Shown here: piece after piece, positions 14,203 to 26,700 of the stretch
How the letters are laid out: each line of letters starts with the position of its first letter
How positions within the stretch are numbered: the first letter of the stretch is position 1
NCBI RefSeq assembly: GCF_001194135.2
Contig: NC_068983.1
Span: forward strand, 146,573,834 to 146,637,833
From: Octopus bimaculoides
Lineage: Eukaryota
Direction: 5' to 3'
Length of the DNA: 64,000 nucleotides
The notes under the pieces: model-generated
What the model was told of the DNA's origin: nothing
The model's input: the letters and a program-made list of their open reading frames with translations, nothing else
The model's database searches: none
Translations under genes and position numbers: made by a program

Positions 14203-14401
14203 TATTGTAAGATACAGAAATAAATTTATTTCTCAAACGCGTGATAATGCTATAAATAGCGTGATCAGGATAAATTATCCATATAATGCAGAAAAATATG
14301 TTGCCGGCCAGCCTGCATTATATGGATAATTTATCCTGATCACGCTATTTATAGCATTATCACGTGTTTGAGAAATAAATTTATTTCTGTATCTTACAAT
14401 A
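14203..14401. repeat. Near-perfect inverted repeat: 89-bp arms, 21-nt loop, 1 mismatch
   Basis: 14203-14291 is the reverse complement of 14313-14401 except CGCGTG/CACGTG. Confidence 0.95.
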
Positions 14402-14409
14402 ATAATAAT

Positions 14410-14664
14410 GTCTCAGAGAAATCCAAAAGATTGTGCTGACAAGTGCTGCCCACATCCTTAGAAAAATCTTATCAATTTAAATGTCTGTCTTGTATTACAT
14501 GAAGATATTTTGGTATACCCACAAGCTTTCTGCCCTCAAGCTTTCAGTCATACTGTAAAATTTCTTATCCTACACGCACCTTAGGATGCTGGGTGTATCT
14601 TGGGAAGTGATTGTAACAAACATGCAGATATAACGTAAATAATAATGATGATGATGATAATAAT

Positions 14665-14706
<42 letters not shown>

Positions 14707-14707
14707 T
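14410..14707 (+). mobile_element. Third, very short R4/Dong-like 3' end with (AAT)n tail
   Basis: EIQKIVLTSAAHILRKILSI* followed by UTR and AAT/GAT repeats (14640-14707). Confidence 0.6.
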
Positions 14708-17700
14708 TGGAATAAAGGCTTTCTTAATGAGGCCCAGATTCAGACAATCAGGAAAAGCCTCTGTAATATCAAGAAGACTAATGCAGGTGGAGATCAGCAA
14801 ATGAGTAGCAAGGTGAATTTGTAGTGGAGGATAGACCGGCCAATCAATATAATGTAGAAAACCCTGAAATAAGAGAGGATGTGGCTGAGGAGCAAAGAAA
14901 CCCCAAGAAAAGACTCCAGGATATAAGAATTACAAGAACAGAGACCAAGCCAGTGAATCTAAGAAGCTTCGACCGTAACAATGTGAAACACACGACCCAA
15001 AAACTTGATGAGATTCTGAAACACATTCTGACGAAAAATGTAACAGAAACAAGGGACTTGATCAGGTCTGTTTCAATTTTAGTAAGTGAACTGGTTGGAA
15101 AAAAAGAGAGGAAAGTAGACGGACAGAAGGAGCCATGGTGGAAGTGGAGAATTGAAGGCGATATTCTAACTTTACGTAAAGATCTGAGCCGCATAGAAGA
15201 GTGGTCAAAAGGGCAATGGCAAAATGGAAAAGAAAGTGCAAGGGCATATCTTGATGTGCAGTACCAAATTGAAAAGAAAGGGTTCAAAACTGTCACTGAA
15301 ACCCTAAAACAACATGTGCAGGCTAAAACATTAAAGGTGCAGCACTACACTGACCACATATGGCAGTTCCAGCAAAACCGGCTATTCTCAAACAACCAGA
15401 GGCAGTTTTTAATGACTTTGGAGGAAACACAGAAGATAATACACCTCCTGAAGCAGAAGAAACCCACCAATTATGGGATAACATCTGGGAGCAAGAAGTT
15501 TCGCACAACTACAGAGCTGAGTGGATTCATTCCGTGAGATCCGAACTCCATCACCCGGAGGCTCTACGACAAAACCATGTGAGCAAAACAACAGATGATG
15601 TCCTTGCACAGATATCAAACCTGCCAAACAGGAAAGCAACAGGACCAGATGGAATTCAAGGCTACTGGCTCAAGTGGTTTAGGTCAATACACAAAAGAAT
15701 TGTGTTGCAATTTGACAATTGCCTACAAGCGGTACAGTTCCAGAGTGGATGTTAGAGGGAAGAGCAACATTGTTAATGAAAGATCGGTCATAGGGCAATT
15801 ACCGACCCATTGCTTGTCTTAACCTCCTATAGAAAGTATTAACAGGTACCCTCGCAGGGAAAATATATATGTTCCTTGCAGAAAACAATTGTAGTAACGC
15901 TGTGTGCATGCGTAGTCTCACGCATGCGTGGAATTCAACAACCAAGCTTTCCCGCTTTGATCTGCCTCTTTCTTGCTGGCCAGCGATTGAGCAAGGACGT
16001 GTTTAGCTGTCTCTCTCCATCTTTCGAACTTACGCTAGACAGCTCGCTCACATCTACATACCAACGTCCCAACAACCATGCTCACACGCACAGAAGCCAT
16101 CTCAACAAACAAGATTAAAGATGTATATTTTTCACCATAAATAAATATTGTTGAGTTGATAGTCTGGAGTTCAGCGTTCCGTTAATTCTTAATTTTATAT
16201 AGGAAAGTCAGGTGTACNNNNNNNNNNNNNNNNNNNNNNNNNNNNNNNNNNNNNNNNNNNNNNNNNNNNNNNNNNNNNNNNNNNNNNNNNNNNNNNNNNN
16301 NNNNNNNNNNNNNNNNNNNNNNNNNNNNNNNNNNNNNNNNNNNNNNNNNNNNNNNNNNNNNNNNNNNNNNNNNNNNNNNNNNNNNNNNNNNNNNNNNNNN
16401 NNNNNNNNNNNNNNNNNNNNNNNNNNNNNNNNNNNNNNNNNNNNNNNNNNNNNNNNNNNNNNNNNNNNNNNNNNNNNNNNNNNNNNNNCCAACATCTCCA
16501 ACCATAGTCAACACGACTTACTATGTACACCAAACTAAACCACCGCGGCAAATCTCTCTCTTCGATTCTGTTAGGTGACTTAGCTTCACCACGATAATAA
16601 ACAGACAAGAATTACAGCCTGCGATACTTCCAATTATGTACTCAAGAACTTGGTATAAAACTCTCACGTGTACTGACTTTCTATCTGCTGTAATATCTCA
16701 CATACATATAGACGGCCTGTCTTTTATTATGTTCTTATATGTCGCATTCACACTCTCACATACACATACATCTTTATGCCACACTAAATATCTCTTGTTA
16801 TTCATTTCATACGGTTGTCTTTTCTATCGTCTCATTACTGGCTATTTATGTTATCGTAGTACAACATATCATGTATATCATCTTTGATATATTATTTTGT
16901 GTTCAACCGCGTGACACGTTTAAATAAAAGGAGTCCTCTGTTTTTCCATTCGTCACCATTTCTCCTTGTCGTCACTGTAAAACTGGATATCATTACCAAC
17001 GTCAACACCATTACCACCACACATACAGAACACAGCTATAGCAGTTCCTGCGCCGACGTCTTCACCATCAATGTACTGTCTACCACAATGTCGTGCACCA
17101 ACAACCCCACCACCAGGGACACACCAGATCAACACAATCGGTTTTATCTTCACTGTGGAGTGGAATTTATCCACTCAGGCACAACAGTCAGAGCTAGCCG
17201 ACTTGGATATTTAATACCAGGTAACAGGTCTCAACTAGCATCCGACGCTCAACTATAGCTCTGCTCACTGACCACGACTTCCTGCGTATTAACATTCCAA
17301 ATTTTCTTGTGTAACTTTTATAGAATATTCCGTACCAGGTAACAGGTCACAACTAGCATTCGACGCTCAACTACAGCTCTGCTCACGGACCACAACTTCC
17401 TGCGTATGGACATACTATAATCTTGTGTAACTCTTATACGAACTGGATTTTTCTCTACAGACACTTCTAATATGTTCTGTGTTTTTTCTCACACACACTT
17501 GTGCACTCACACATTNNNNNNNNNNNNNNNNNNNNNNNNNNNNNNNNNNNNNNNNNNNNNNNNNNNNNNNNNNNNNNNNNNNNNNNNNNNNNNNNNNNNN
17601 NNNNNNNNNNNNNNNNNNNNNNNNNNNNNNNNNNNNNNNNNNNNNNNNNNNNNNNNNNNNNNNNNNNNNNNNNNNNNNNNNNNNNNNNNNNNNNNNNNNN

Positions 17701-18270
17701 NNNNNNNNNNNNNNNNNNNNNNNNNACGCATGCGTGGAATTCAACAACCAAGCTTTCCCGCTTTGATCTGCCTCTTTCTTGCTGGCCAGCGATTGAGCAA
17801 GGACGTGTTTAGCTGTCTCTCTCCATCTTTCGAACTTACGCTAGACAGCTCGCTCACATCTACATACCAACGTCCCAACAACCATGCTCACACACACAGA
17901 AGACGTCTCAACAAACAAGAGCTAAAGATGTATATTTTCCACCATGAATAAATGTTGTTGAGTTGATAGTCTGGAGTTCAGCGTTCCGTTAATTCTTAAT
18001 TTTATATAGGAAAGTCAGGTGTACATCTAATGATGTATAACCCACTTTCCACTAAACAATCTTCTGCCAGTAGAACAAAAGGGATGTCGAAAGGGATCCA
18101 AGGGCACCAAGGATCACCTTGTGATAGACAAGGTTATAATGAAGAACTGTAAATGGTACCAAAAAAGCTTATACATGGCCTGGATAGACATCAAAAAGGC
18201 TTACGGCATGTTGCTGCATTCGTGGATAAGCCGAGATAATGGCTGCTAAACCATATTGCAGTACTACCTT
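14708..18270 (+). mobile_element. R4/Dong-like LINE (N-terminal region to early RT), split by an LTR element at 15890-18056
   Basis: EPWWKWRIE...LRKDLSRI, NRLFSNNQRQF, NRKATGPDGIQGYWLK; the frame FLAENN|LLPVEQKGC rejoins across the insertion, followed by IDKVIMK..AWIDIKKAY. Confidence 0.8.
15890..18056 (+). mobile_element. Non-autonomous LTR retroelement (family B, copy 1)
   Basis: Two similar LTRs (15890-~16217 and ~17726-18056, each partly in a gap); 4-bp TSD CAAT at 15886-15889 and 18057-18060; non-coding interior with 118-bp tandem units at 17216 and 17334. Confidence 0.85.
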
Positions 18271-18620
18271 ATCAATCCATTTTTCTGTAAGAAGTATACC
18301 CACACCCCCAACCCCATCAATGTTCCCTGCCCAGAAAATCTTATACCTATGTTCTTTGACTGTGAGGAACCTAGCAGAACTTCCACTCCACCTTACTTCT
18401 TGGATGCAGCACAGATCTACATGTCTCCGTTCAAGCATCTCAACAACCTCACCAGACCTACCTTTCAATGTGTCAACATTAAGTGTGCTAACTCTAAGGG
18501 TGTCGAAAGTGTGGGCCAGTGAGACCCTTGGATGGGGGACAGCAGCATCTGAAAAGAAAACTTGTTTGGCAGACCTCATAGACATAAAATAGCCTTTAAC
18601 CTATATACACTACACCATCA
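18270..18620 (-). mobile_element. RTE-clade AP-endonuclease fragment
   Basis: RVSTLNVDTLKGRSGEVVEMLERRHVDLCCIQEVRW...GGVGILLTEKWIDKV. Confidence 0.85.
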
Positions 18621-18944
18621 TTTTATGTGCTACATAATCACTACTTTCCTTAGGAGATAAACACTAGGTAGGGGTGGGGGCAGCATTCTGTATAGTGAAC
18701 CATTGGCAGTGATCAGGGGACATCTGGCAGTGGTCAGAGGATAAAGACTTCCGCTAAAGGTGGTGGGGTTGGGAGGGGAGTCTGCACAGTGAAATGGTGA
18801 AAGATAAAGAGCACTATACAATGAAATAGAATTGGACCTTTGCCTTCTTAACTATAGTTATAGCTGTAACCCACAGTATGAGGTTAGCCAAACTGTGACA
18901 AAATTAGATAAATAAGTGAATAACAATAATAAATTATCATCATC

Positions 18945-19260
18945 ATCATTGTCGTTTAACGTCCGCTTTCCATGCTAGCGTGGGTTGGACGATTTGACTG
19001 AGGACTGGTGGACCAGGAGGCGACACCAGGCTCCAATTTGATTTGGCAGAGTTTCTACAGTTGGATGCCCTTCCTAACGCCAACCACTCCGAGAGTGTAG
19101 TGGGTGCTTTTACGTGCCACCAGCATGAGGGCCAGTCCAGGAGCACTGGCAACGATTTCGCTCGGATGTCTTATTGGTGAAGGCCACGCTCGAAACCAGT
19201 AAGACATCCGAGCGAGATCGTTGCCAGTGTCCCTGGACTGGCCCTTGTCAAATGAGCATG
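18945..19260 (-). mobile_element. RTE 3' UTR or RTE-dependent short repeat
   Basis: Homologous to 9925-10150, 20910-21050 and 47990-48070; ends ...GGACGTTAAACGACAATGATGATG. Confidence 0.7.
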
Positions 19261-20288
19261 AAGACAAAAATGAGGAAGAATTGGACAGAACATAGGGTTT
19301 AGGGTTTCTTAAGTTGATTATAACGTACGTCAGATTTTCTCCAAAGGTGTATTTACATCTTATGATGTATCATATGTGGTTGAGGATGTTTTTGTTAGAT
19401 CTGCAGGAAGTCACATAACTCTCTATCACATTGATGACATTGCCTAAGATAATCACCAAGCTTTCTACAAACATTTAGACCAAGATTCTAACTTTGTATT
19501 TAGCAGAAATATAAGCCAAAAATTATGACCTCTCCTCTAGTTTGCATCTCTCCTTAGCAACACTATTACTCACCAGCTCTTACACCTAGAAATGTTTTTA
19601 GACTTCTGTCAGTTGGAACAGGCGTTTGTTAAAATAGTTGTATACAAGTCTAGCATGTAACAAAAGTTATAGGGAAGATCATCCAAATCTAAGATTCCCA
19701 CCTCACCTGACCAATCAGTATATAGGTGTGGTTTTAACTTGTTGAGGGACTTTATCTCTTCTGGTAAGAGTTGCAACAGGCCATCAAAGTAGATACTGAA
19801 GTTAACTGTCTCTAGTTTTCATCTTCCAGAATAACAAGCCAACTAGGGTGTCACTATGCTGTCACTTGTTAGGTTACTTATACTAGCCAATTCTGTCTCA
19901 AATTACATCCTATTGTCTTAGAAAAAGCAAGGACACAACAGTTTAGTCTTTGTTATTGTAACTTTGTTGTCATGTTGCAACTCTAATACTTTGTGACTCT
20001 GAACAAAATACACTCCTCCTCATGACTAAGATCACTGGCCTTATTTCAGAAAATGTAACTTCTATGTTTTAAGGTGAATGAGTAAGTGAGAGAAAGTTCC
20101 TCCTTTGCAGTGTTGTACTGGACAAGAATAAAATAGTTCTAGATTTTATGGACTGAAATACTAGAAATCATCTGAAAATACAAACCATATATAAATACAA
20201 TGACTGCTCATTTCAAGAAGAGAAAGTGTAAGGTCAATACTGGGAGGCAAAGAGTGGTTCAAGAAGGCAGTCATAAATGTTGCTCTTT

Positions 20289-20735
20289 CAAGGCGGCGAG
20301 CTGGCAGAAACGTTAGCACGCCGGGTGAAATGCTCAGCGGTATTTCGTCTGCCGCTACGTTCTGAGTTCAAATTCCGCCGAGGTCGACTTAGTCTTTCAT
20401 CCTTTTGGGGTCGATTAAATAAGTACCAGTTACGCACTGGAGTCGATATAATCGACTTAATTCCTTTGTCTGTCCTTGTTTGTCCCCTCTATGTTTAGCC
20501 CCCTAGTGGGCAATAAAGAAACGTTAGCACGCTGGGCGGAATGCTTAGCGGTATTTCGTCTGCCGTTACGTTCTGAGTTCAAATTCCGCCGAGGTCGAAT
20601 TTGCCTTTCATCCTTTCGGGGTCGATAACTTAAGTACCAGTTACGCACTGGAGTCGATGTAATCGACTTAATCCCTTTGTCTGTCCTTGTTTGTCCCCTC
20701 TATGTTTAGCCCCTAGTCGGCAATAAAGAAATAAG
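20289..20735 (+). mobile_element. Head-to-tail dimer of a tRNA-derived SINE (211-bp period)
   Basis: GGCGGCGAGCTGGCAGAAACGTTAGC...GAGTTCAAATTCCGCC; 14-bp TSD AAATGTTGCTCTTT at 20275-20288 and 20736-20749. Confidence 0.9.
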
Positions 20736-20909
20736 AAATGTTGCTCTTTTTAACTTACAAAAAAATCCTGCAACATGTCCTTGTTCATTAGAATCATACA
20801 AAAGGTAGCAATCAATTATTGTTACTGCAATAACAGAATTCCTCCAAGAAATTTGATTAAGTTCTGAATTACTAAAATCTAAGCCTACTGCAACTTCAGA
20901 AACAGATAC

Positions 20910-21760
20910 ATCATTATCATTTCGTGTCTGCTTTCTATGCTGGCATGGGTTAGGCAGTTTGACTGAAATTGGTAAGCTGGAGAGCTGCACCACGTTCCAG
21001 TCTGATTTGGCATGGTTTCTATGGCTGGATGCCCTTCCTAACGCCAATCATTCAAAGCATTTACCTTTTCACTTGGCTTGGCGAGTCTTCTCCAGTACAG
21101 CATATCGCCAAATGTCTCGGTCACTTATCATTGCCTTCGTGAGGTCCAACGTTCGAAGAGTGCTTTTTACGTGCCACTGGCATAGGTGACTATTACGTGA
21201 CGCCGTCATCAGTCACAGTTACGGTTTCACTTGGCTTGACGAGTCTTCTCAAGCACGGTGTATCGTCCAACTATCAAGGGGGCTTTTATGTGTCAGTTAC
21301 GCGAAACTGGCATCGGCCACGACTGCAATTTCACTTGGCTTGGCGAGTTTTCTCAAGCACAGCATATCACCAAGGCTCTCGGTCACTAGTCATTGCCTCC
21401 GTGAGGCGCAATGTTCAAAGATCATGCGTCACCACTTCGTCCCATGTCTTCCTGGGTCTACTTCTACATGTTCCCTCTACAGTTAGAGATCGCCACATTT
21501 TACACAGCTGTCCTCGTCCATACGCATTACATGCCCATACCAGCGCAGTTGTCCCTTTTGTGCACCACATCTGGTGCCTCTTATGCCCAGATTTTCTCTC
21601 AAAATGCTCACACTCTGTTGTACATGTACACTGACATTGAACATTCAGCGAAGCATGCTAGCTTCATTTCTTTCAAGCCTACACATGTCCTTAATGGTCA
21701 CAGCCTATGTTTCACTGTCGTGTAGCATGGTTGTTCGCACACTGACACAATACACCTGCC
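20910..21760 (-). mobile_element. RTE-clade LINE 3' end with repeated UTR segments
   Basis: Homologous to 9925-10800; segment TTTCACTTGGCTTG occurs three times. Confidence 0.75.
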
Positions 21761-21779
21761 TTTCACTCTTATGGAGAAG

Positions 21780-22195
21780 CCACCCAGGTGGCTATCCCCA
21801 GAAGAATAAGTGTTTGGAAAAAGAATTAGTGTACAAGGCCAGCATTACTGATTTTTATGGAGCAACGAAAACTTACATTGGAATAGCGTGAAACACCTTC
21901 AAAGAGAGACATATGCAGCATTTAGCTTCGTTCAGAGACAAAAGCAAAATACACACGACATCTTTATCCAGTATGGTATGGACACGTAAAGAGAGAAACG
22001 TGCACAAACCCCATATAAAATAGAGCATCATAGCTAAGGCTAGGAAATACAGACGACGAGGAAGTAAATGCCAACTCTGCATTACTAAAAAACTAAATAT
22101 CATAACACAATATTGGACGTTTCAAACATTAGGGAAGAAATCTTCTGCCCCTGCATGCACAAACAATAATTCATGCTTCGAAATTTCAAGCATGN
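21780..22195 (+). mobile_element. Penelope-like element, GIY-YIG endonuclease remnant
   Basis: CLEKELVYKA...KTYIGIA.NTFKERHMQH..SF...SLSSMVW...KCQLC. Confidence 0.75.
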
Positions 22196-22897
22196 NNNNN
22201 NNNNNNNNNNNNNNNNNNNNCCCCCCCCCCCTCACTTTGTCACCCCCCCAACTTAGTTAAGTTTTTCTTGGACATCGATTATATTATGCATTATATGAAT
22301 ATTATGCATGAAAAACACATTCCCTTATAAAATTACGCTGGATTCATTTAATGAAACACAAATACATGTGCATTGCACATATTCGGGACATCACATGATT
22401 CACTTAAATAAAATACTTATATGCATGAACTCATAACTTTACAATCCCATGGAGCAAATTTGGTGTCAAAATCTGTGAAATCTTACAATTATGTGCACGT
22501 ACTCAAACACGAACAAAATGTATAATGCAGCTGAATACGCGCGCGCGCGCGTATACACATACATTACCTATTTTAGATAATACTTTCACTATAGACTTCC
22601 AGTAACGCATGCGTAATGATGTACAGTGACTGGCTGGAGTTAGCTGCACCATACATATACATATGAGCATTACAGATTTTCTTTCCTCATAACTTACAGA
22701 AACATGGATATTTTTCAATGAAATTTTTAATTAATATGCTTCAGATGGTGTAGATTCCGATTGTATTTAAATCTGTTCTGAAATAAAGTTTTCAAAGAAG
22801 AAAAAATGTAATGTATGTCAGTATGTATGAGTGTGTAGTGGCGCGAAATTATGAATCAACAAGTATTACAGACTTTAAAGGGAACGCTGTTAACGTC

Positions 22898-22990
22898 ATG
22901 GATACTGCAACCACACCCATTAACAGCCCTGTCACCACCACCAACACCACCAAGACTACCACTGCTACCACCGCCATCACCAATGCCAGC

Positions 22991-23027
<37 letters not shown>

Positions 23028-23707
23028 GCAGGACACCGGCCGTCAACACCGAAACCACCACTACTTCGACAAACTCTGCTGCGACTACCACCACCATTGA
23101 ACCTGGCAGTACCAACACCACTGTCAACACCACCATCAACAACTACAACAAGATGAACAAGATAAACAACACCACAACCGCTACAAAAAACATATCTGCC
23201 AGCACCACAAAAATAAATTTTGCCGATGCAACTAAAGAAAAAAGAACAATAATAACATTCATCCAAAACCAAATTAAAGATACAAAATCCCTTCTCACGA
23301 AAGAAGGTGACAACGTACAAATACACATTCCAAAAGAAATAATCGAAAACACAAAAAAGAAGTACATAACATACAGACTTACCAACACGAAAACAAAGCG
23401 ACCGGAGAATTTTACCACCGAAAAGATTGAAATTTGTCTCAAACCTATATGGCCCTTTCAAAACCATGTTACTTGGGGGCGCACGTTCGCCACCGTTCAA
23501 GTACGCTTTCAGAGCGAAGACTTAGCAAAGCAATTTTCGACACTCTCTCTCCACACAGATGACTTAGTGATGATACCGAGTTATCTTGGACAGAGAGTGA
23601 CGAAGGTGACAGTAAAGAATGTCTCTTCAAAAGTGGAGAAGCAGTCTATAATATCTGCTATATGCCTCGAAATGGAGGAGGCAAATATACTAGAAATTGC
23701 TGCGTAG
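22898..23707 (+). pseudogene. L1/Tx1-like ORF1 (gag-like) N-terminal half, 269 aa, ending at the satellite
   Basis: Open frame with Thr/Asn-rich N-terminus, FADATK, and RRM-like ATVQVRFQSEDLAKQF...PSYLGQRVTKVTVKNV; family assignment is from recalled motif resemblance only. Confidence 0.55.
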
Positions 23708-26700
23708 GCAGTTACGTTCGTTTGTTAGTTCGTTTGTTCTTTCGTTCGTTCGTTCAATCTTTCATACGTACGTACGTACGTACGTAAGCTCGTTCGTTCG
23801 TTCGTTCGTTCGCATGTACGTACGTACATTCATTCGTTAGATTGTTCGTTCGTTCGTTCTTTCGTTCTTAGGTACGAATGTACGTACGTACGTTCATTCG
23901 TTCGTACGTACGTACGTACTTATGTACTTACGTACGTACGTACCTACGTTTGTTCGTTCGTTTGTTCATTCGTTCTTTCGTTCGCTTGTTCGTTCGATCT
24001 TTCAATCATTCGTTCGTTCTTTCGTACGTACCTACGGACTTCCGTTTATTCGCTCGTTCGTTCTTTCGGTCGTTCGTTCGTTCATTTGTTCGTTCGTTCT
24101 TTCGTTTGTTCGTTCGTTCGTTTGTTCGTTTGTTCTTTCGTTCGTTCGTTTGTTTCGTTCGTTCGTACGTAAGTACGTACGTTCGTTCGTACGTTAGTAC
24201 GGACGTACGTTCGTTCGTTCGTTCGGTCATGCGTACGTACGAAATACTTACGTACGTGTGTTCGTTCGTTCGTCCATTCGTTCGTACGTAGATACGCTCA
24301 TTCGTTCGTTCGTTCGTTTGTTCATTCGTTCGTTCGTACGTACGTACATCCTTTTGTTCGCACGTACGTACCTACGATCAGATGCACGTTCGTTCGTTCT
24401 TACGTACATACGTTCCGCTTTTGGTTGGTTCGTTCGTTCTTACGTTCTTTCGTTCGTAATTTCGTTCATTCGTTCGTTCGATCGTTCGTTTTTACGTACG
24501 TTCGTTCGTTTTTACGTACGTTCGTTTTTACGTACGTTCGTTCGTTCGTTCGTTTGTTCGTTCTTTCCTTCGTACGTACGTATTTTCATTCGTTCGATCG
24601 GAGTAAGTACGTAAGTACGTTCATTCGTTTGTTCGTTCATTCGTTCGTTTGTTCGATCGTTCGTTCGTTCGTTTGTACGTACGTACGTTCGTTCTTTCGT
24701 TCGTACGTACGTACTTACGTTTGTTCGTACTTTCATTCGTTCGTTCGTTAGTACGTTCGTTCGTTCGTTCATTGGTTCATTGGTTCATTCTTTCGTTCGT
24801 TCATTCGTACGTACGTACGTTCATTCGTATGTACGTACGTTCATTCGTTCGTTCGTTTGTTCATTCGTACGTATGTACATTCGTTCGTTTGTTCTTTCGT
24901 TCGTTTGTTCTTTCATTTCGTTCGTTCGGTCCTTCGTACTTACGTACGTACCTTCTGTCTTTCGTTCTTATGTACGTACCTTCGTTAGTTCGTTCGTTTG
25001 TTCGCTCATTCGTTCTTTCGTCCGTCCGTCAATCCGTACGTACGTTCGTTCATTCGTTCGTTCGTTCGTAAGTACGTACTTACGTATGGACGTACGTTTG
25101 CTCGTTCGTTCCTTCAATCGTTCGTTCATTCTTACGTACGAACGTTCGTTCTTTTGTACGTTCGTTCGTTCGCTCTTTCGTTCGTTATTTTGTTATTTCG
25201 TTCGTTCGTTCGTACGTACGTACTTGCGTACTTTCTTTCGTTCGTTTGTTTGTTCGTTCGTACGTACGTAAGTTCGTTCCTGCATCCGGGCGTACGTAGG
25301 TACAAACGTTCATTCGTTTGTTCGTTCATTCGTTTGTTCGCTCGTAAGTTTGTTCGTACATTCATTCGTTCGTTCGTTCGATCGTTCTTTCGTTCGGATG
25401 TACGTACGTCCGTTCTATATTTCGTGCCTACCTACATACGTACACACGTACGTACGTTTCCTCGTTCGTTCTTTCGTTCTTTTCTTCGTTCGATCGTTCG
25501 TTCTTACGTGCGTACGTACGTACGTTTGACCTTTCGTTCGTTCGTTCGTTCGTTCGTTCGTTCGTTCGTTCGTTCGTTCGTTCGTTCGTTCGTTATTTCG
25601 TTCGTTCGTTCTTTCGTCGGTACTTACGTACGTACGTTAGTTCGTTCGTTCGTTCGTTCGCTCGTTCTTTCAATCATTCGTTCGTTCGTTCGTTTGTTCA
25701 TTCGTTCGTTCGTTTGTGCGTTCATTCTTTCGTTCGTTCATTCGTACATATGTACGTACGTACATACGTATGTTCATTCGTTCGTTCTTCCGTTCGTTCG
25801 TTCGTTCATTTCATTAACTCAGTCCTTCGTACTTACGTACGTACCTTCGTTCTTTCGTTCTTATGTACGCACCTTCATTAGTTCGTTTGTTCGTTTGTTC
25901 GTTTGTTCGTTTGTTCGTTCGTTCTTTCAATCGTTCGTTCATTCTTACGTACGAACGTTCGTTCTTTTGTACGTTCGTTCGTTCGCTCTTTCGTTCGTTA
26001 TTTTGTTATTTCGTTCGTTCGTTCGTACGTACGTACTTGCGTACTTTCTTTCGTTCGTTTGTTTGTTCGTTCGTACGTACGTAAGTTCGTTCCTGCATCC
26101 GGGCGTACGTAGGTACAAACGTTCATTCGTTTGTTCGTTCATTCGTTTGTTCGCTCGNNNNNNNNNNNNNNNNNNNNNNNNNNNNNNNNNNNNNNNNNNN
26201 NNNNNNNNNNNNNNNNNNNNNNNNNNNNNNNNNNNNNNNNNNNNNNNNNNNNNNNNNNNNNNNNNNNNNNNNNNNNNNNNNNNNNNNNNNNNNNNNNNNN
26301 NNNNNNNNNNNNNNNNNNNNNNNNNNNNNNNNNNNNNNNNNNNNNNNNNNNNNNNNNNNNNNNNNNNNNNNNNNNNNNNNNNNNNNNNNNNNNNNNNNNN
26401 NNNNNNNNNNNNNNNNNNNNNNNNNNNNNNNNNNNNNNNNNNNNNNNNNNNNNNNNNNNNNNNNNNNNNNNNNNNNNNNNNNNNNNNNNNNNNNNNNNNN
26501 NNNNNNNNNNNNNNNNNNNNNNNNNNNNNNNNNNNNNNNNNNNNNNNNNNNNNNNNNNNNNNNNNNNNNNNNNNNNNNNNNNNNNNNNNNNNNNNNNNNN
26601 NNNNNNNNNNNNNNNNNNNNNNNNNNNNNNNNNNNNNNNNNNNNNNNNNNNNNNNNNNNNNNNNNNNNNNNNNNNNNNNNNNNNNNNNNNNNNNNNNNNN

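Noticed and set aside
20289-20370. tRNA gene
   Set aside because: The tRNA-like head continues into a SINE body with an A-rich tail and TSD; no complete cloverleaf
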